NCBI GenBank assembly: GCA_036340075.1
Contig: JAYYZJ010000003.1
Span: 87,796 to 151,795, forward strand
Direction of reading: 5' to 3'
DNA length: 64,000 nucleotides
DNA from: Thermodesulfobacteriota bacterium
GTDB lineage: Bacteria > Desulfobacterota_D > UBA1144
The notes under the pieces are model-generated. The model made no database searches and was not told where the DNA came from. It saw nothing but the letters and a program-made list of their open reading frames with translations. Both the position numbers and the translations under genes were made by a program. This document shows, piece after piece, positions 42,166 through 51,262 of the stretch. Positions within the stretch are counted from its first letter, which is position 1. Each line of letters begins with the position of its first letter.

Positions 42166-43279
42166 AAGCTCAAGTTGGAAGCTTGGTAAAAAACAGTATT
42201 CTAATATAAATTTTTCTGAACCAATTGGATGTATTTACGAAAACAAACAAGGGGTTTTTCTGACATATAAAGGTAAAACAAAAAAGAAAAAAAACATTTC
42301 CTGTATAAGCTTGATAGAAAAATTTTTAAAAAAAGGGCACTATGCTTGCGGTTATTTCTCTTTTGAGTTTTTAAACAAAAAAATCAACAAAACGGAATAC
42401 AAGGCGATTTTTAATTTATATGAAAGAAAAAACATATTAAAAAAAACGCCTCACACAACACATTTAAATAAAAAAGACACATTAAAAAAACTGCAAACAG
42501 ACAAACATTTTTTAGATGGAATAAGGAAAGCAAAGAATTACATAAAAAACGGTGACATTTATCAAATTAATTTAACAAGGGAGTTTTCGTTTGCCCCACC
42601 AAACAACCCCCACAATCTATTTTTACAATACTATTCTCAGCAGCCAGTTGACTATGCTTCATACATAGAATTTCCAGACCATGTTCTAATAAGTGGATCA
42701 ATGGAGCTCTTTTTGGAAAAAACCAACAACACTATCAAGACTAAGCCAATCAAAGGAACAGCCAGCGTTGCCAATAAAACAAAAAATCAAATCAATAATG
42801 ATCAAAAAGAATTAGCAGAAAATTTAATGATTGTAGATTTAATGCGAAACGACTTATCACGAGTATGCAAAACAGGTTCGGTCGTTTCAAAAAAACTTTT
42901 TAGGAAGAAAAAATACGCTACCCTTTATCAGCTAGAATCCGAAGTTGAAGGCAAACTGAAAAAGAATATTAAAACAACTAGTATTTTTAAAAACACTATG
43001 CCCCCCGGCTCAGTAACAGGAGCTCCAAAAAGCAGAGCAATAGAAATAATAAGGGAGATAGAAAAACACCATAGAGGTCCCTACTGTGGCGCCATAGGCA
43101 TGTTTGAACCTAATGGAAATTTTTGTTTTTCAGTTGGAATTAGGATATGTAAAATAAAAAATAATGATGCAAGATTTTATACAGGAGCAGGTATAGTTTG
43201 GGACTCAGTTCCAAAAAAAGAAAACAACGAAACAATGTTAAAAGCTAAAGCGTTTCGTTTGTCACTAGAGAAAAGATGA
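42143..43279 (+). CDS. pabB: Aminodeoxychorismate synthase component I (chorismate-binding enzyme)
   Basis: GDIYQINL, TKPIKGT, AENLMIVDLMRNDL, PPGSVTGAPK; followed by a class IV enzyme. Confidence 0.85.
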   Translation: MTTHLKSRSSSWKLGKKQYSNINFSEPIGCIYENKQGVFLTYKGKTKKKKNISCISLIEKFLKKGHYACGYFSFEFLNKKINKTEYKAIFNLYERKNILKKTPHTTHLNKKDTLKKLQTDKHFLDGIRKAKNYIKNGDIYQINLTREFSFAPPNNPHNLFLQYYSQQPVDYASYIEFPDHVLISGSMELFLEKTNNTIKTKPIKGTASVANKTKNQINNDQKELAENLMIVDLMRNDLSRVCKTGSVVSKKLFRKKKYATLYQLESEVEGKLKKNIKTTSIFKNTMPPGSVTGAPKSRAIEIIREIEKHHRGPYCGAIGMFEPNGNFCFSVGIRICKIKNNDARFYTGAGIVWDSVPKKENNETMLKAKAFRLSLEKR

Positions 43280-44091
43280 AAGAAAAACTATATTTTGATA
43301 AAGATTTTGAAAAAATCGAAGCCCTAAACAGGTCCTATATGTTCGGGGAGGGAGTTTTTGAAACATTTGCATACAAGAAAACTCTTCCAATTTTTTTCAA
43401 GAGACATTTAGATAGATTACAACTAGCAGCAAAATTTATAGGAATCAAATACCCAGGGGATGCATATATAGAAAGTTTTGTTGAAAAATCAACAAAGAAC
43501 CACCCGGACGAAAATCTAATAGTCAAAATTTCTCTCCTTAGCACAGGAAGCTCCCAATATTATGGCCAATCAGAGGTCACAACAATTTGCGTTTCGATTA
43601 AGACAGATGTTGAAGACCAACCCGAGATTTCCTTAACAGTCTCTGATGTTTTTATCAATCCAAACAACCCAATTATTTATCATAAAACCAACAACTATTT
43701 GCTTAATTCAATAGAAAGAAAGAATGCATTAGAAAAAGGCTTCGACGAAGCTCTTTACTTAAATACAAATAATTTTGTTTCAGAAACTACCTCTGGAAAC
43801 ATTTTCTGGATTAAGGGGTCGACAATTTTCACTCCAGATTTGTCCTGCGGTATGCTTCCAGGAATATCCAGGGCACTTTTAATCGAAACTTGCCAAGACC
43901 AAGGAATTAAAGTTGAGGAAGGAAGTTATGAATTAGGATCAATCTTGTTTCCAGAAGCAGTTTTTGTTACCAATTCATCAAAAGGACTCACTGAGGTAAC
44001 AAACATAGACAATGTCATACAGCCAACAAGAACGGCCAAACTATTTCCCAAGATTAGAGATGCCTTTTTAAAAAAACTAGACTGGTCTTAA
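43276..44091 (+). CDS. pabC: Class IV aminotransferase-fold protein, probable 4-amino-4-deoxychorismate lyase
   Basis: FGEGVFET, HLDRL, HKTNNY, ETTSGNIF, LPGISR; ATGA-coupled to pabB. Confidence 0.78.
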   Translation: MKEKLYFDKDFEKIEALNRSYMFGEGVFETFAYKKTLPIFFKRHLDRLQLAAKFIGIKYPGDAYIESFVEKSTKNHPDENLIVKISLLSTGSSQYYGQSEVTTICVSIKTDVEDQPEISLTVSDVFINPNNPIIYHKTNNYLLNSIERKNALEKGFDEALYLNTNNFVSETTSGNIFWIKGSTIFTPDLSCGMLPGISRALLIETCQDQGIKVEEGSYELGSILFPEAVFVTNSSKGLTEVTNIDNVIQPTRTAKLFPKIRDAFLKKLDWS

Positions 44092-44097
44092 CACTTG

Positions 44098-44126
44098 TTG
44101 CCTTTTTAACTTTTTCAATTTACAAT
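44098..44126 (+). promoter_or_regulatory. Sigma70 promoter for the thiolase-DUF35 pair
   Basis: TTGCCT-17bp-TACAAT. Confidence 0.55.
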
Positions 44127-44179
44127 TTCTCTTCGAGCTTGTTTTTATATTAGCTTGATATCATACAAGGGGGCTTAAA

Positions 44180-45346
44180 ATGGCTGATTTAAGAGATGTT
44201 TATATTATTGGAGTAGGTCAACACCCATGTGGCAAATTTCCTACTAAAGCCGCTCACGTTCTTGGAAGAGAAGCAGCTTGGGCAGCTATAAAAGATGCTG
44301 GCATATATGCCAGAGATATCCAAATGGGTTTTTGTGGACATGTTTATCAAGGAATGGGAGTTGGACAAAGAACGCTTAAAGATCTCGGACTAGTCGGCCA
44401 ACCAGTTATTAATATAGAGGGAGCCTGCGGAAGCGGAACACTAGCTTTTTGGGAAGCCTGGAGAACTATAGCCTATGGGCAAAGTGATATTATTTTGGCC
44501 TGGGGAGTAGAAAACTTAAGCAAAGTAATGTCGGGAGGACCTTTGCCATTAGAAGAAGACGATATTGAAGTTGCACTAGGAATGAGCATGCCAGGATTGT
44601 ATGCGATGAGAGCAAAAAGATACATGGAAGAATATGGAATTTCTGCCGAAACACTTGCCAAGGTTGTGGTCAAAAGCAGAAAGCACGCAGCTCAAAATCC
44701 AATAGCTCAATTTAGGAAAGAAACTACCGTAGAACAAGTAATGGCAGATCCTGTTATTGCAGATCCCCTAACAAGGAGTATGTGTTGCCCCGTTGGAGAC
44801 TCGTCTGCCGCTGCAGTCTTAGTTTCAGCGGACATGCTAGATAAAATTAAAAGAGACAAAAATAGAATGCCAATAAAAGTACTCGGTTGCGCAGCCCAAT
44901 CAGGAGGCTATTCATCGTCTACTGGTCTAACTTGTGATCCTTCAGAAAATGTTACAAGAACATCTAAGATGGCTTATGAACAAGCAGGATTAGGGCCCGA
45001 AGATATGGATATAGCCGAGATTCACGATGCGTTTGCTATTGCAGAAATAATAGTCGCGGAAGCACTAGGTTTTGTAGGAAAGGGAGAAGGGTCAAGACTA
45101 ATCGAAGAAGAAAAATCAAATTATGATGGAGATATTGCAATCAACCCAAGCGGTGGGCTGTTATCAAGAGGCCACCCCGTTGGCGCAACAGGACTTCTCC
45201 AGACCGTAGAAATTGTAAACCAGCTACGAGGAGAGGCAACAGGATTTCAAGTTCCAGATGCCAATGTTGGCCTTATAGAAACTATGGGAGGCGCACAGCC
45301 TGCTATGGATGGCATAACATGCGTAGTTAGCATTCTAGGAAAATAG
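44180..45346 (+). CDS. SCP2/SCP-x-type thiolase
   Basis: NIEGACGSG (Cys kept), EIHDAF, NPSGGLLSRGHPVGATG. Confidence 0.9.
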   Translation: MADLRDVYIIGVGQHPCGKFPTKAAHVLGREAAWAAIKDAGIYARDIQMGFCGHVYQGMGVGQRTLKDLGLVGQPVINIEGACGSGTLAFWEAWRTIAYGQSDIILAWGVENLSKVMSGGPLPLEEDDIEVALGMSMPGLYAMRAKRYMEEYGISAETLAKVVVKSRKHAAQNPIAQFRKETTVEQVMADPVIADPLTRSMCCPVGDSSAAAVLVSADMLDKIKRDKNRMPIKVLGCAAQSGGYSSSTGLTCDPSENVTRTSKMAYEQAGLGPEDMDIAEIHDAFAIAEIIVAEALGFVGKGEGSRLIEEEKSNYDGDIAINPSGGLLSRGHPVGATGLLQTVEIVNQLRGEATGFQVPDANVGLIETMGGAQPAMDGITCVVSILGK

Positions 45347-45368
45347 AAACAACTTATAGGAGATTAAT

Positions 45369-45779
45369 ATGAGCGAATCAGAAGAAAGAAGAGTATTACA
45401 CCAAGACTTTTTTACAGAAGACCCAGAGCCTAGGCTTATTGCAGGAAAATCTAAGTCATCTGGCAATTATACATTCCCACCATACTTGGCAGACCCAGTT
45501 TCTTTTCAAGATGATATAGAACATGTTCCACTTCCAAGAAACGGAATACTGCATTCGTTTACAATTGTTCGAAGAAGCTTGCCCGATTTCCCCGTTCCAT
45601 TTGGATTAGGTTTAATCGACTTCCCAGAGCAAGAAGTGAGAGTAATGGCTCAAATTGAAGCCGATGATTTAGAAAATGATTTAAAATTAGATATAGAAGT
45701 AGAAACAATTGTCGGGGTTGTTAGAAAAACAAAAGATGGTACCGACATCTACTCCTACAAGTTTAGACCGGTTAAATAA
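45369..45779 (+). CDS. DUF35 OB-fold thiolase partner, cysteine-free
   Basis: LIAGKSKSSG..TFPP, GILHSFTIV, PFGLGLIDF, YKFRP; directly after the thiolase. Confidence 0.82.
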   Translation: MSESEERRVLHQDFFTEDPEPRLIAGKSKSSGNYTFPPYLADPVSFQDDIEHVPLPRNGILHSFTIVRRSLPDFPVPFGLGLIDFPEQEVRVMAQIEADDLENDLKLDIEVETIVGVVRKTKDGTDIYSYKFRPVK

Positions 45780-45824
45780 GCATTTTCTCTAGTTTTAATT
45801 AAGCCTTAAAGCCTTTTAAACTTA

Positions 45825-45853
45825 TTGCAAAAAAAGACCAAAAATTGTACTAT
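45825..45853 (+). promoter_or_regulatory. Sigma70 promoter for the nitroreductase
   Basis: TTGCAA-17bp-TACTAT, then GGAGG RBS. Confidence 0.55.
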
Positions 45854-45899
45854 TAATAAGTTGCTTTAAATAATTTTATCAAAACAGGAGGGGAATATA

Positions 45900-46715
45900 A
45901 TGCCTTTAAATTATCAAAGCGTAGATTTTATTAAAGTTTTAGGCGAAAGACGTTCTTGCAGATTTTATGATCCAGAGAGACCGGTTGAGCCTGAAAAAAC
46001 ACAAGCTATATGTCAAGCTGCTAGAAATGCTTCACATATGGGTAACGCCAATTGTATAACTGTTACTATCGTTGAAGATCAGGGAACTAAAGACAAGTTT
46101 ACTGAGATTGTTTCAGCGTTTAACATCCCAATGGCAAAAATGGCTCCAGTGAGTCTAGTTTTTGCTCTTGATAGGGATTTATGGTACAACGGGCTACCAA
46201 AAGGACTTCCAGCACTATTCAAAATGGGTGGTGTTAATCCAAGTCATGGATGGAGTATGGACAATATTGAAAATACAACATTACCAAGACTAACAACGTT
46301 TCCACCGGAGATAGTTGCCTATCTTCTTTCATGTGAAACTGGAATGGCTATGGCGTCAGCTCAGTTAATGGCTACAGCCTTAGGTTTAGGAAGTTGTTGT
46401 TATGCTGGACAAGGACCAAAAATTGCTGAAGTTTTAGGTTTTAGAGAATCGATGCAGTTTGTTTGGGCAATGGCTATTGGTTACCCAGGAGAAACAGTTG
46501 AGTCCATGGGATGGAGACCAAGATCTCCATACGGAGATATCATTTACAAAGAAAAATGTGGTGTTCCTGCTGTCGCAGACCCAGCCGTCGACAAAGAGCT
46601 GGAAGCACTCGGCATGATGGGAGAGCCATCAGCGCTTACACCGCAAAGACTTGCAGATGTAAACAAAGCTGCTGAAGCTATGGGTCTACCAACTAGAACT
46701 GACGAAAACGGTTAA
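45900..46715 (+). CDS. Nitroreductase family protein
   Basis: ERRSCRFY, ASHMGN, AQLMATALGLGSC, AIGYP. Confidence 0.85.
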   Translation: MPLNYQSVDFIKVLGERRSCRFYDPERPVEPEKTQAICQAARNASHMGNANCITVTIVEDQGTKDKFTEIVSAFNIPMAKMAPVSLVFALDRDLWYNGLPKGLPALFKMGGVNPSHGWSMDNIENTTLPRLTTFPPEIVAYLLSCETGMAMASAQLMATALGLGSCCYAGQGPKIAEVLGFRESMQFVWAMAIGYPGETVESMGWRPRSPYGDIIYKEKCGVPAVADPAVDKELEALGMMGEPSALTPQRLADVNKAAEAMGLPTRTDENG

Positions 46716-46728
46716 TTTTATAAATAAA

Positions 46729-46749
46729 AAGGGGGCTTAAAGCCCCCTT
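46729..46749. terminator. Rho-independent terminator hairpin, possibly bidirectional
   Basis: AAGGGGGCT-TAA-AGCCCCCTT with A/T-rich flanks. Confidence 0.75.
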
Positions 46750-46760
46750 AATTTATTAGC

Positions 46761-47531
46761 ATGACCACAGTCCAAAAAATTGATCAATTGGCTTCTATGA
46801 TTAAGGAGCACAAGAATGCTGTTGCTTTCTCTGGAGCAGGAATTAGCACTGATTCAGGGATTCCAGACTATAGAACACCTGGATCTGGAGCCTGGACTAA
46901 GTATGACTCCTCAATTGTTTCAATACCCGGCTTCCTTAACGATCCAACTCAATATTATGAATATGCTATGGAGATGTATCCCATAAGAAGATCTGCAAAG
47001 CCAAACAAAGCACACTTGTTGCTAGCGAAACTCGAAAAGGAAGGATTTATAAATGGGGTTATTACTCAGAATGTTGACGGTCTTCATCTTGAGGCTGGAA
47101 GCAGAACTGTTCATGAACTCCATGGTTCTACAAGAAGAGCTTCATGTTTACAATGCGGACAACTTTATTCAATGGACGAAATAATGGAAAGAGTAGAAAA
47201 AGGTGAGAATCCACCTATCTGTAAAGAATTTGAAGGTAATCCTTGCCAAGGGCTTATTAAGCCCACAACGGTTTTTTTTGGAGAACCTCTTCCAAAAGCA
47301 CCCTGGGATGCATCGGTTGATAAATCCCGAGAGACCGCTCTTATGATTGTAATTGGATCATCTTTGCAAGTTTCCCCAGCAAATAGCTTGCCAGACATTG
47401 CTCTTCAAACTGGCTCTGAGCTAGTAATTGTAGATTTGATGAACACCCCCTTTGATTCCAGGGCCCATCTTGTTATCAACGAAAGAGCAGTCCTGGTTGC
47501 TGAAATGCTGGAAAAAAAGCTTGCTTTGTGA
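46761..47531 (+). CDS. cobB: NAD-dependent protein deacylase (sirtuin)
   Basis: GAGISTDSGIPDYR, TQNVDGLH, ELHG, FGEPLP, GSSLQVSPA. Confidence 0.93.
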   Translation: MTTVQKIDQLASMIKEHKNAVAFSGAGISTDSGIPDYRTPGSGAWTKYDSSIVSIPGFLNDPTQYYEYAMEMYPIRRSAKPNKAHLLLAKLEKEGFINGVITQNVDGLHLEAGSRTVHELHGSTRRASCLQCGQLYSMDEIMERVEKGENPPICKEFEGNPCQGLIKPTTVFFGEPLPKAPWDASVDKSRETALMIVIGSSLQVSPANSLPDIALQTGSELVIVDLMNTPFDSRAHLVINERAVLVAEMLEKKLAL

Positions 47532-47633
47532 AGAATGTCCAGATTTGTGCTCGACAGACATTAGACGAGCAGGCAACATGGCAAAATATGCTAAATTATT
47601 GAATAAATTTTGCTCCTTTTAATAAAAAAATCG

Positions 47634-47662
47634 TTGACTAATTAATGGCACTTTGCTTTAAT
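47634..47662 (+). promoter_or_regulatory. Sigma70 promoter for the ADC-like gene pair
   Basis: TTGACT-17bp-TTTAAT with TG extension; AAGGAGG RBS before 47753. Confidence 0.55.
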
Positions 47663-47752
47663 ATTAAGTAACGGGGTGCAGAAAATTCAAGTGGTTTTCT
47701 CACCAGCAATCTACCTTACTAACGCAAATCCAAAAGAAGGAGGTCTCTAACG

Positions 47753-48724
47753 ATGCCAAGTCATCTTAATGTAGACACAAAGTATTGGACTCTCACAGAT
47801 GAGATTCCAAATCCACCGGTTGAGAGAGACATTAAAACATGGATAATCGGAAACCCTTCCGATCCTCTATGGGATATTGATGTTCTTCCTCTAACCTATA
47901 CTAATTCAAGATGGTCAGCTTTTGTTGTTGACGTACCAGGCGATGCTAGACAAAGACTATGTCCAAATCCACCATTAACAATTTGGGATGGAGAGGATGC
48001 AGAACTTGTTGAGTATTGGTATGTTAACCACCTTAACACAATGCTAGGCCCTTATCTTGAGTTCGGAGTAACAATCTCCGCAACACACACTGACTCAAAA
48101 GGTAATACATGGAAAGCAGGTTACTATCCATATATGTACCTAACTAGTGATAGTGCTGTTGATGCTGGTCGTGTTTTAGGATTCCCTAAAAAAATGGCCT
48201 ACATCAGAGTTACTGAGCATGGCGGTGAAAAAGGCGATGACTATTTCGGTTATTCAATGACTAGAAATGGTTACCTTTTAACAGCACAGCAAGGTAAATA
48301 TGATGATGCACCAGTTAAACCACCATATTTCTATGGTAAAACTGACTGGGGTAAATTCAACATGAAAGTTATCACACGTCCTGACGTTGCAAGTTCAGAA
48401 TGGCAGTTAACATATCTACCATCTAAACTTCCACCTGCATTTAATGTAGAAGGACACAGATTCCAAATCAAAAACGAGTTAACAAGAACAGCTTCTGGCG
48501 ATGCCATTGACTGGTTCGCACAAGCAACTCCATTTGATAACATGGGAGCAGAGGTAAAAGTAAACGAAGTTAAAGGTTTAATTTCATTTACATTCGACCT
48601 TATTATCCCACCTGCTGAAGTTGTATGGTCAGAAACTTATGAAAGACCAGCTAGCTACAGAGGATACGCAACACCATATCAATATGGTTTAAGACAACAG
48701 TTCCCAATTCACCAAGGTGCGTAG
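47753..48724 (+). CDS. Acetoacetate decarboxylase superfamily protein, paralogue 1
   Basis: GPYLEFG, YMYLTSDSAVDAGRVLGFPKKMA (PKK Schiff-base lysine motif). Confidence 0.8.
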   Translation: MPSHLNVDTKYWTLTDEIPNPPVERDIKTWIIGNPSDPLWDIDVLPLTYTNSRWSAFVVDVPGDARQRLCPNPPLTIWDGEDAELVEYWYVNHLNTMLGPYLEFGVTISATHTDSKGNTWKAGYYPYMYLTSDSAVDAGRVLGFPKKMAYIRVTEHGGEKGDDYFGYSMTRNGYLLTAQQGKYDDAPVKPPYFYGKTDWGKFNMKVITRPDVASSEWQLTYLPSKLPPAFNVEGHRFQIKNELTRTASGDAIDWFAQATPFDNMGAEVKVNEVKGLISFTFDLIIPPAEVVWSETYERPASYRGYATPYQYGLRQQFPIHQGA

Positions 48725-48754
48725 GAACTTTAATTTTTTTAGGAGGAAATTAAC

Positions 48755-49726
48755 ATGGGAAAACAAGCAAACGAATACAGCTATCCATGGTTAGAAGAAG
48801 GTGAAGTTCCACCGCTACCACTTGACAGAGATAGAATTCACATTATCTCTCAGGGTGTTGCCGATCCTGTCTTTGACTATGACATCGTCCCTTTAACATA
48901 CACAGAAAGCCGCTGGATGGCTTTTGTTGTTGAAGCAGACGAAGCTAATTTAAAAGCCGTTATTCCTGATCCAGTTGAGCTTCATGACCCAATCCTTGAG
49001 TTCTGGTATGTTATACACAGAAACACAATGCTTGGACCATACATGGAGTTCGGTGTAACTGCCTCATCAACAGTAAAAGGCAGTGACGGACAGGTTTGGA
49101 AAGGTGGATATTATCCATATATGTACCTTTCAAACGATTCACCAATTTTTGCAGGTAGAGAGCCTTTCGGGTTCCCTAAAAAAGCTGCTTATATTGCTGC
49201 TTTTGAGCATGGAACTAACGATAACTACTTCAACATGACAATGGAAAGAAGAGGTTACGTATTCCATTCTGCAAATGGTCGTTATTCTGATAGACCAACC
49301 CCACACAAACCAACATTCTATGGTAAAACAGATTGGGGTAGATTAAACTACAGAATCACAACTCACCCAAGTGTATCTAACAGTATTCATCAAGTTACAT
49401 ACCTTGGTTCTGAGCTACCACCACAGTTCGGTACAGGACACAGGTTCCAATTAGATCCTAGTTCTGTTAGAACAGCTACTGGTGAAGACGTAAGAGCATG
49501 GTACTTAGCTGGTACACCTTTTGACTTCATGGGAGGTTCATTAGGTAACGTGACATGTCACGGATTGATTTCGTTCACATTTAACTTAATCATTCCACCA
49601 GCATCAATTGTATGGGAGAAAACAGTAGAAAGAGCTGAATCTGATTTTGGCGACTTACTCTACTCAACACCTTACAAATATACTATGAGACACAGATTTA
49701 TGACACCTTACTATCCAGGTGCATAA
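48755..49726 (+). CDS. Acetoacetate decarboxylase superfamily protein, paralogue 2
   Basis: GPYMEFG, YMYLSNDSPIFAGREPFGFPKKAA; collinear with paralogue 1. Confidence 0.82.
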   Translation: MGKQANEYSYPWLEEGEVPPLPLDRDRIHIISQGVADPVFDYDIVPLTYTESRWMAFVVEADEANLKAVIPDPVELHDPILEFWYVIHRNTMLGPYMEFGVTASSTVKGSDGQVWKGGYYPYMYLSNDSPIFAGREPFGFPKKAAYIAAFEHGTNDNYFNMTMERRGYVFHSANGRYSDRPTPHKPTFYGKTDWGRLNYRITTHPSVSNSIHQVTYLGSELPPQFGTGHRFQLDPSSVRTATGEDVRAWYLAGTPFDFMGGSLGNVTCHGLISFTFNLIIPPASIVWEKTVERAESDFGDLLYSTPYKYTMRHRFMTPYYPGA

Positions 49727-49740
49727 GAACCGGTACTTTT

Positions 49741-49772
49741 AGGGCTCTTCTTTTGAAGAGCCCTTCTTTCTT
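49741..49772 (+). terminator. Rho-independent terminator after the ADC-like pair
   Basis: AGGGCTCTTC-TTTT-GAAGAGCCCT then TCTTTCTT. Confidence 0.82.
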
Positions 49773-49801
49773 AAAACACTATTACATGATAAATTTAATG
49801 A

Positions 49802-51262
49802 ATGAGAAAGTGTTCCGCTTATATTAATGGCCAACTCATAGAACCAAAAAATTCATTCATCAGAGAAAATCCGGCAACCCTAGAGCCGTTACAAGAAGTT
49901 TATTTATGTTCAGAAAAAGAAATAAGTATGGCGTGCGAGGCAGCCAACGGGGCTTTTGGTGTTTGGTCTTCTACCCCAGGAAATGTTAGAGGAAGTATTT
50001 TGTTTAAGATTGCAGAAAAAATTAGAGAGCAAGCAGACTACCTTTCGTTAATTAACACAGAAGAAACTGGAAAACCTATAAATGAAAGCAAGCTAGTAGA
50101 ATTAGCAGGGGTAGCAAGAACATTTGAATACTATGCGGGCCTTGCATCCAAAATACAGGGCGAGTCACAAATAATTACACAAGACTTGATTTCGTTAACG
50201 ATTAAAGAGCCTATTGGTGTTATTGCCATGATTTTGCCATGGAACTTCCCTATGCTCCTAGTTGCATGGAAAATAGCCCCAGCGCTTGCTGCTGGCTGCA
50301 CAATGGTCATTAAACCATCTGAGCTTACACCGTGTGGGACACTAGAGCTTGCAAAAATATCCGAGGAGTGCGGTGTTCCCAAAGGAGTAATTAATGTTTG
50401 TCCGGGACAAGGGGATGATGCAGGCAGGGCACTTATAAACAATAATCTTATTTCAAAAATTTCTTTTACAGGTTCAACGGGTGTAGGCAAGCAGATTGTA
50501 GAAGAAACAGCGAAAAATTTACCTAAGCTTTCTCTTGAGCTAGGAGGAAAGGCTCCTAATATAATTTTTGAAGATGCATCAATAGAATCTTGCATAGAAG
50601 CAAATTTAAGAGGGGGGTTTTTTAACCAAGGAGAAAATTGCACCGCTGTTACCAGGCTCTTAGTAAACAAAAAAATATACAATAAATTTAAAAAAGTATT
50701 TCTAAAAAAGATTGAACAAATAAAACAAGGGGATCCTTTAGAAAAAGAAACAGAAATAGGAGCTCTCATCTCAGATAACCATCTTAAAAAAGTCATAAAT
50801 CTTGTCAATCAAGGAGTAAGCCAAGGAGGAGAAATTTTAATTGGAGGAGAACAGAACCCTAAGCTCACCGGTCATTTTTTTGCACCCACAGTAATTGAAA
50901 TTAATCCTTCAGAAGACAACGTGTTGTTTAATGAAGAGGTGTTTGGACCAGTCGTTGCCATAATGCCGTTCGAATCAGAGGAAGAGGCAGTAGCCCTGGC
51001 TAATCAAACCAGCTATGGACTTGCCGGTGGCGTATGGACACAAGATATTTCAAGGGCAATTAGAGTTTCTAAAAAAATTAACGCAGGATATTTGTGGATA
51101 AATACTTATGGAGGGATAATTCCCGAAACACCATATGGTGGGTTTAAGCAAAGCGGTTCAGGCAAAGAGCTTGGACATGCTGGATTAGAAGAGTTTTGCA
51201 GGTTAAAAAATATTAGCATTTTCACAGGAGATAGTCTTCCTAAGTGGTATGGGAACAAATAG
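49802..51262 (+). CDS. NAD(P)-dependent aldehyde dehydrogenase
   Basis: PWNFP, FTGSTGVG, LELGGK, NQGENC, EEVFGPV, PYGGFKQSG. Confidence 0.95.
   Translation: MRKCSAYINGQLIEPKNSFIRENPATLEPLQEVYLCSEKEISMACEAANGAFGVWSSTPGNVRGSILFKIAEKIREQADYLSLINTEETGKPINESKLVELAGVARTFEYYAGLASKIQGESQIITQDLISLTIKEPIGVIAMILPWNFPMLLVAWKIAPALAAGCTMVIKPSELTPCGTLELAKISEECGVPKGVINVCPGQGDDAGRALINNNLISKISFTGSTGVGKQIVEETAKNLPKLSLELGGKAPNIIFEDASIESCIEANLRGGFFNQGENCTAVTRLLVNKKIYNKFKKVFLKKIEQIKQGDPLEKETEIGALISDNHLKKVINLVNQGVSQGGEILIGGEQNPKLTGHFFAPTVIEINPSEDNVLFNEEVFGPVVAIMPFESEEEAVALANQTSYGLAGGVWTQDISRAIRVSKKINAGYLWINTYGGIIPETPYGGFKQSGSGKELGHAGLEEFCRLKNISIFTGDSLPKWYGNK

Noticed and set aside
47646..47657. TGGCAC..TTGC as a sigma54 promoter
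   Set aside because: GG-to-GC spacing is 6 nt instead of the required 10
50131..50808. 225-aa antisense ORF, and many similar 60-165 aa shadow ORFs (e.g. 3778-4209, 39265-39762, 29977-30393)
   Set aside because: They lie opposite or within well-supported genes, have no recognisable motifs, and read like antisense translations
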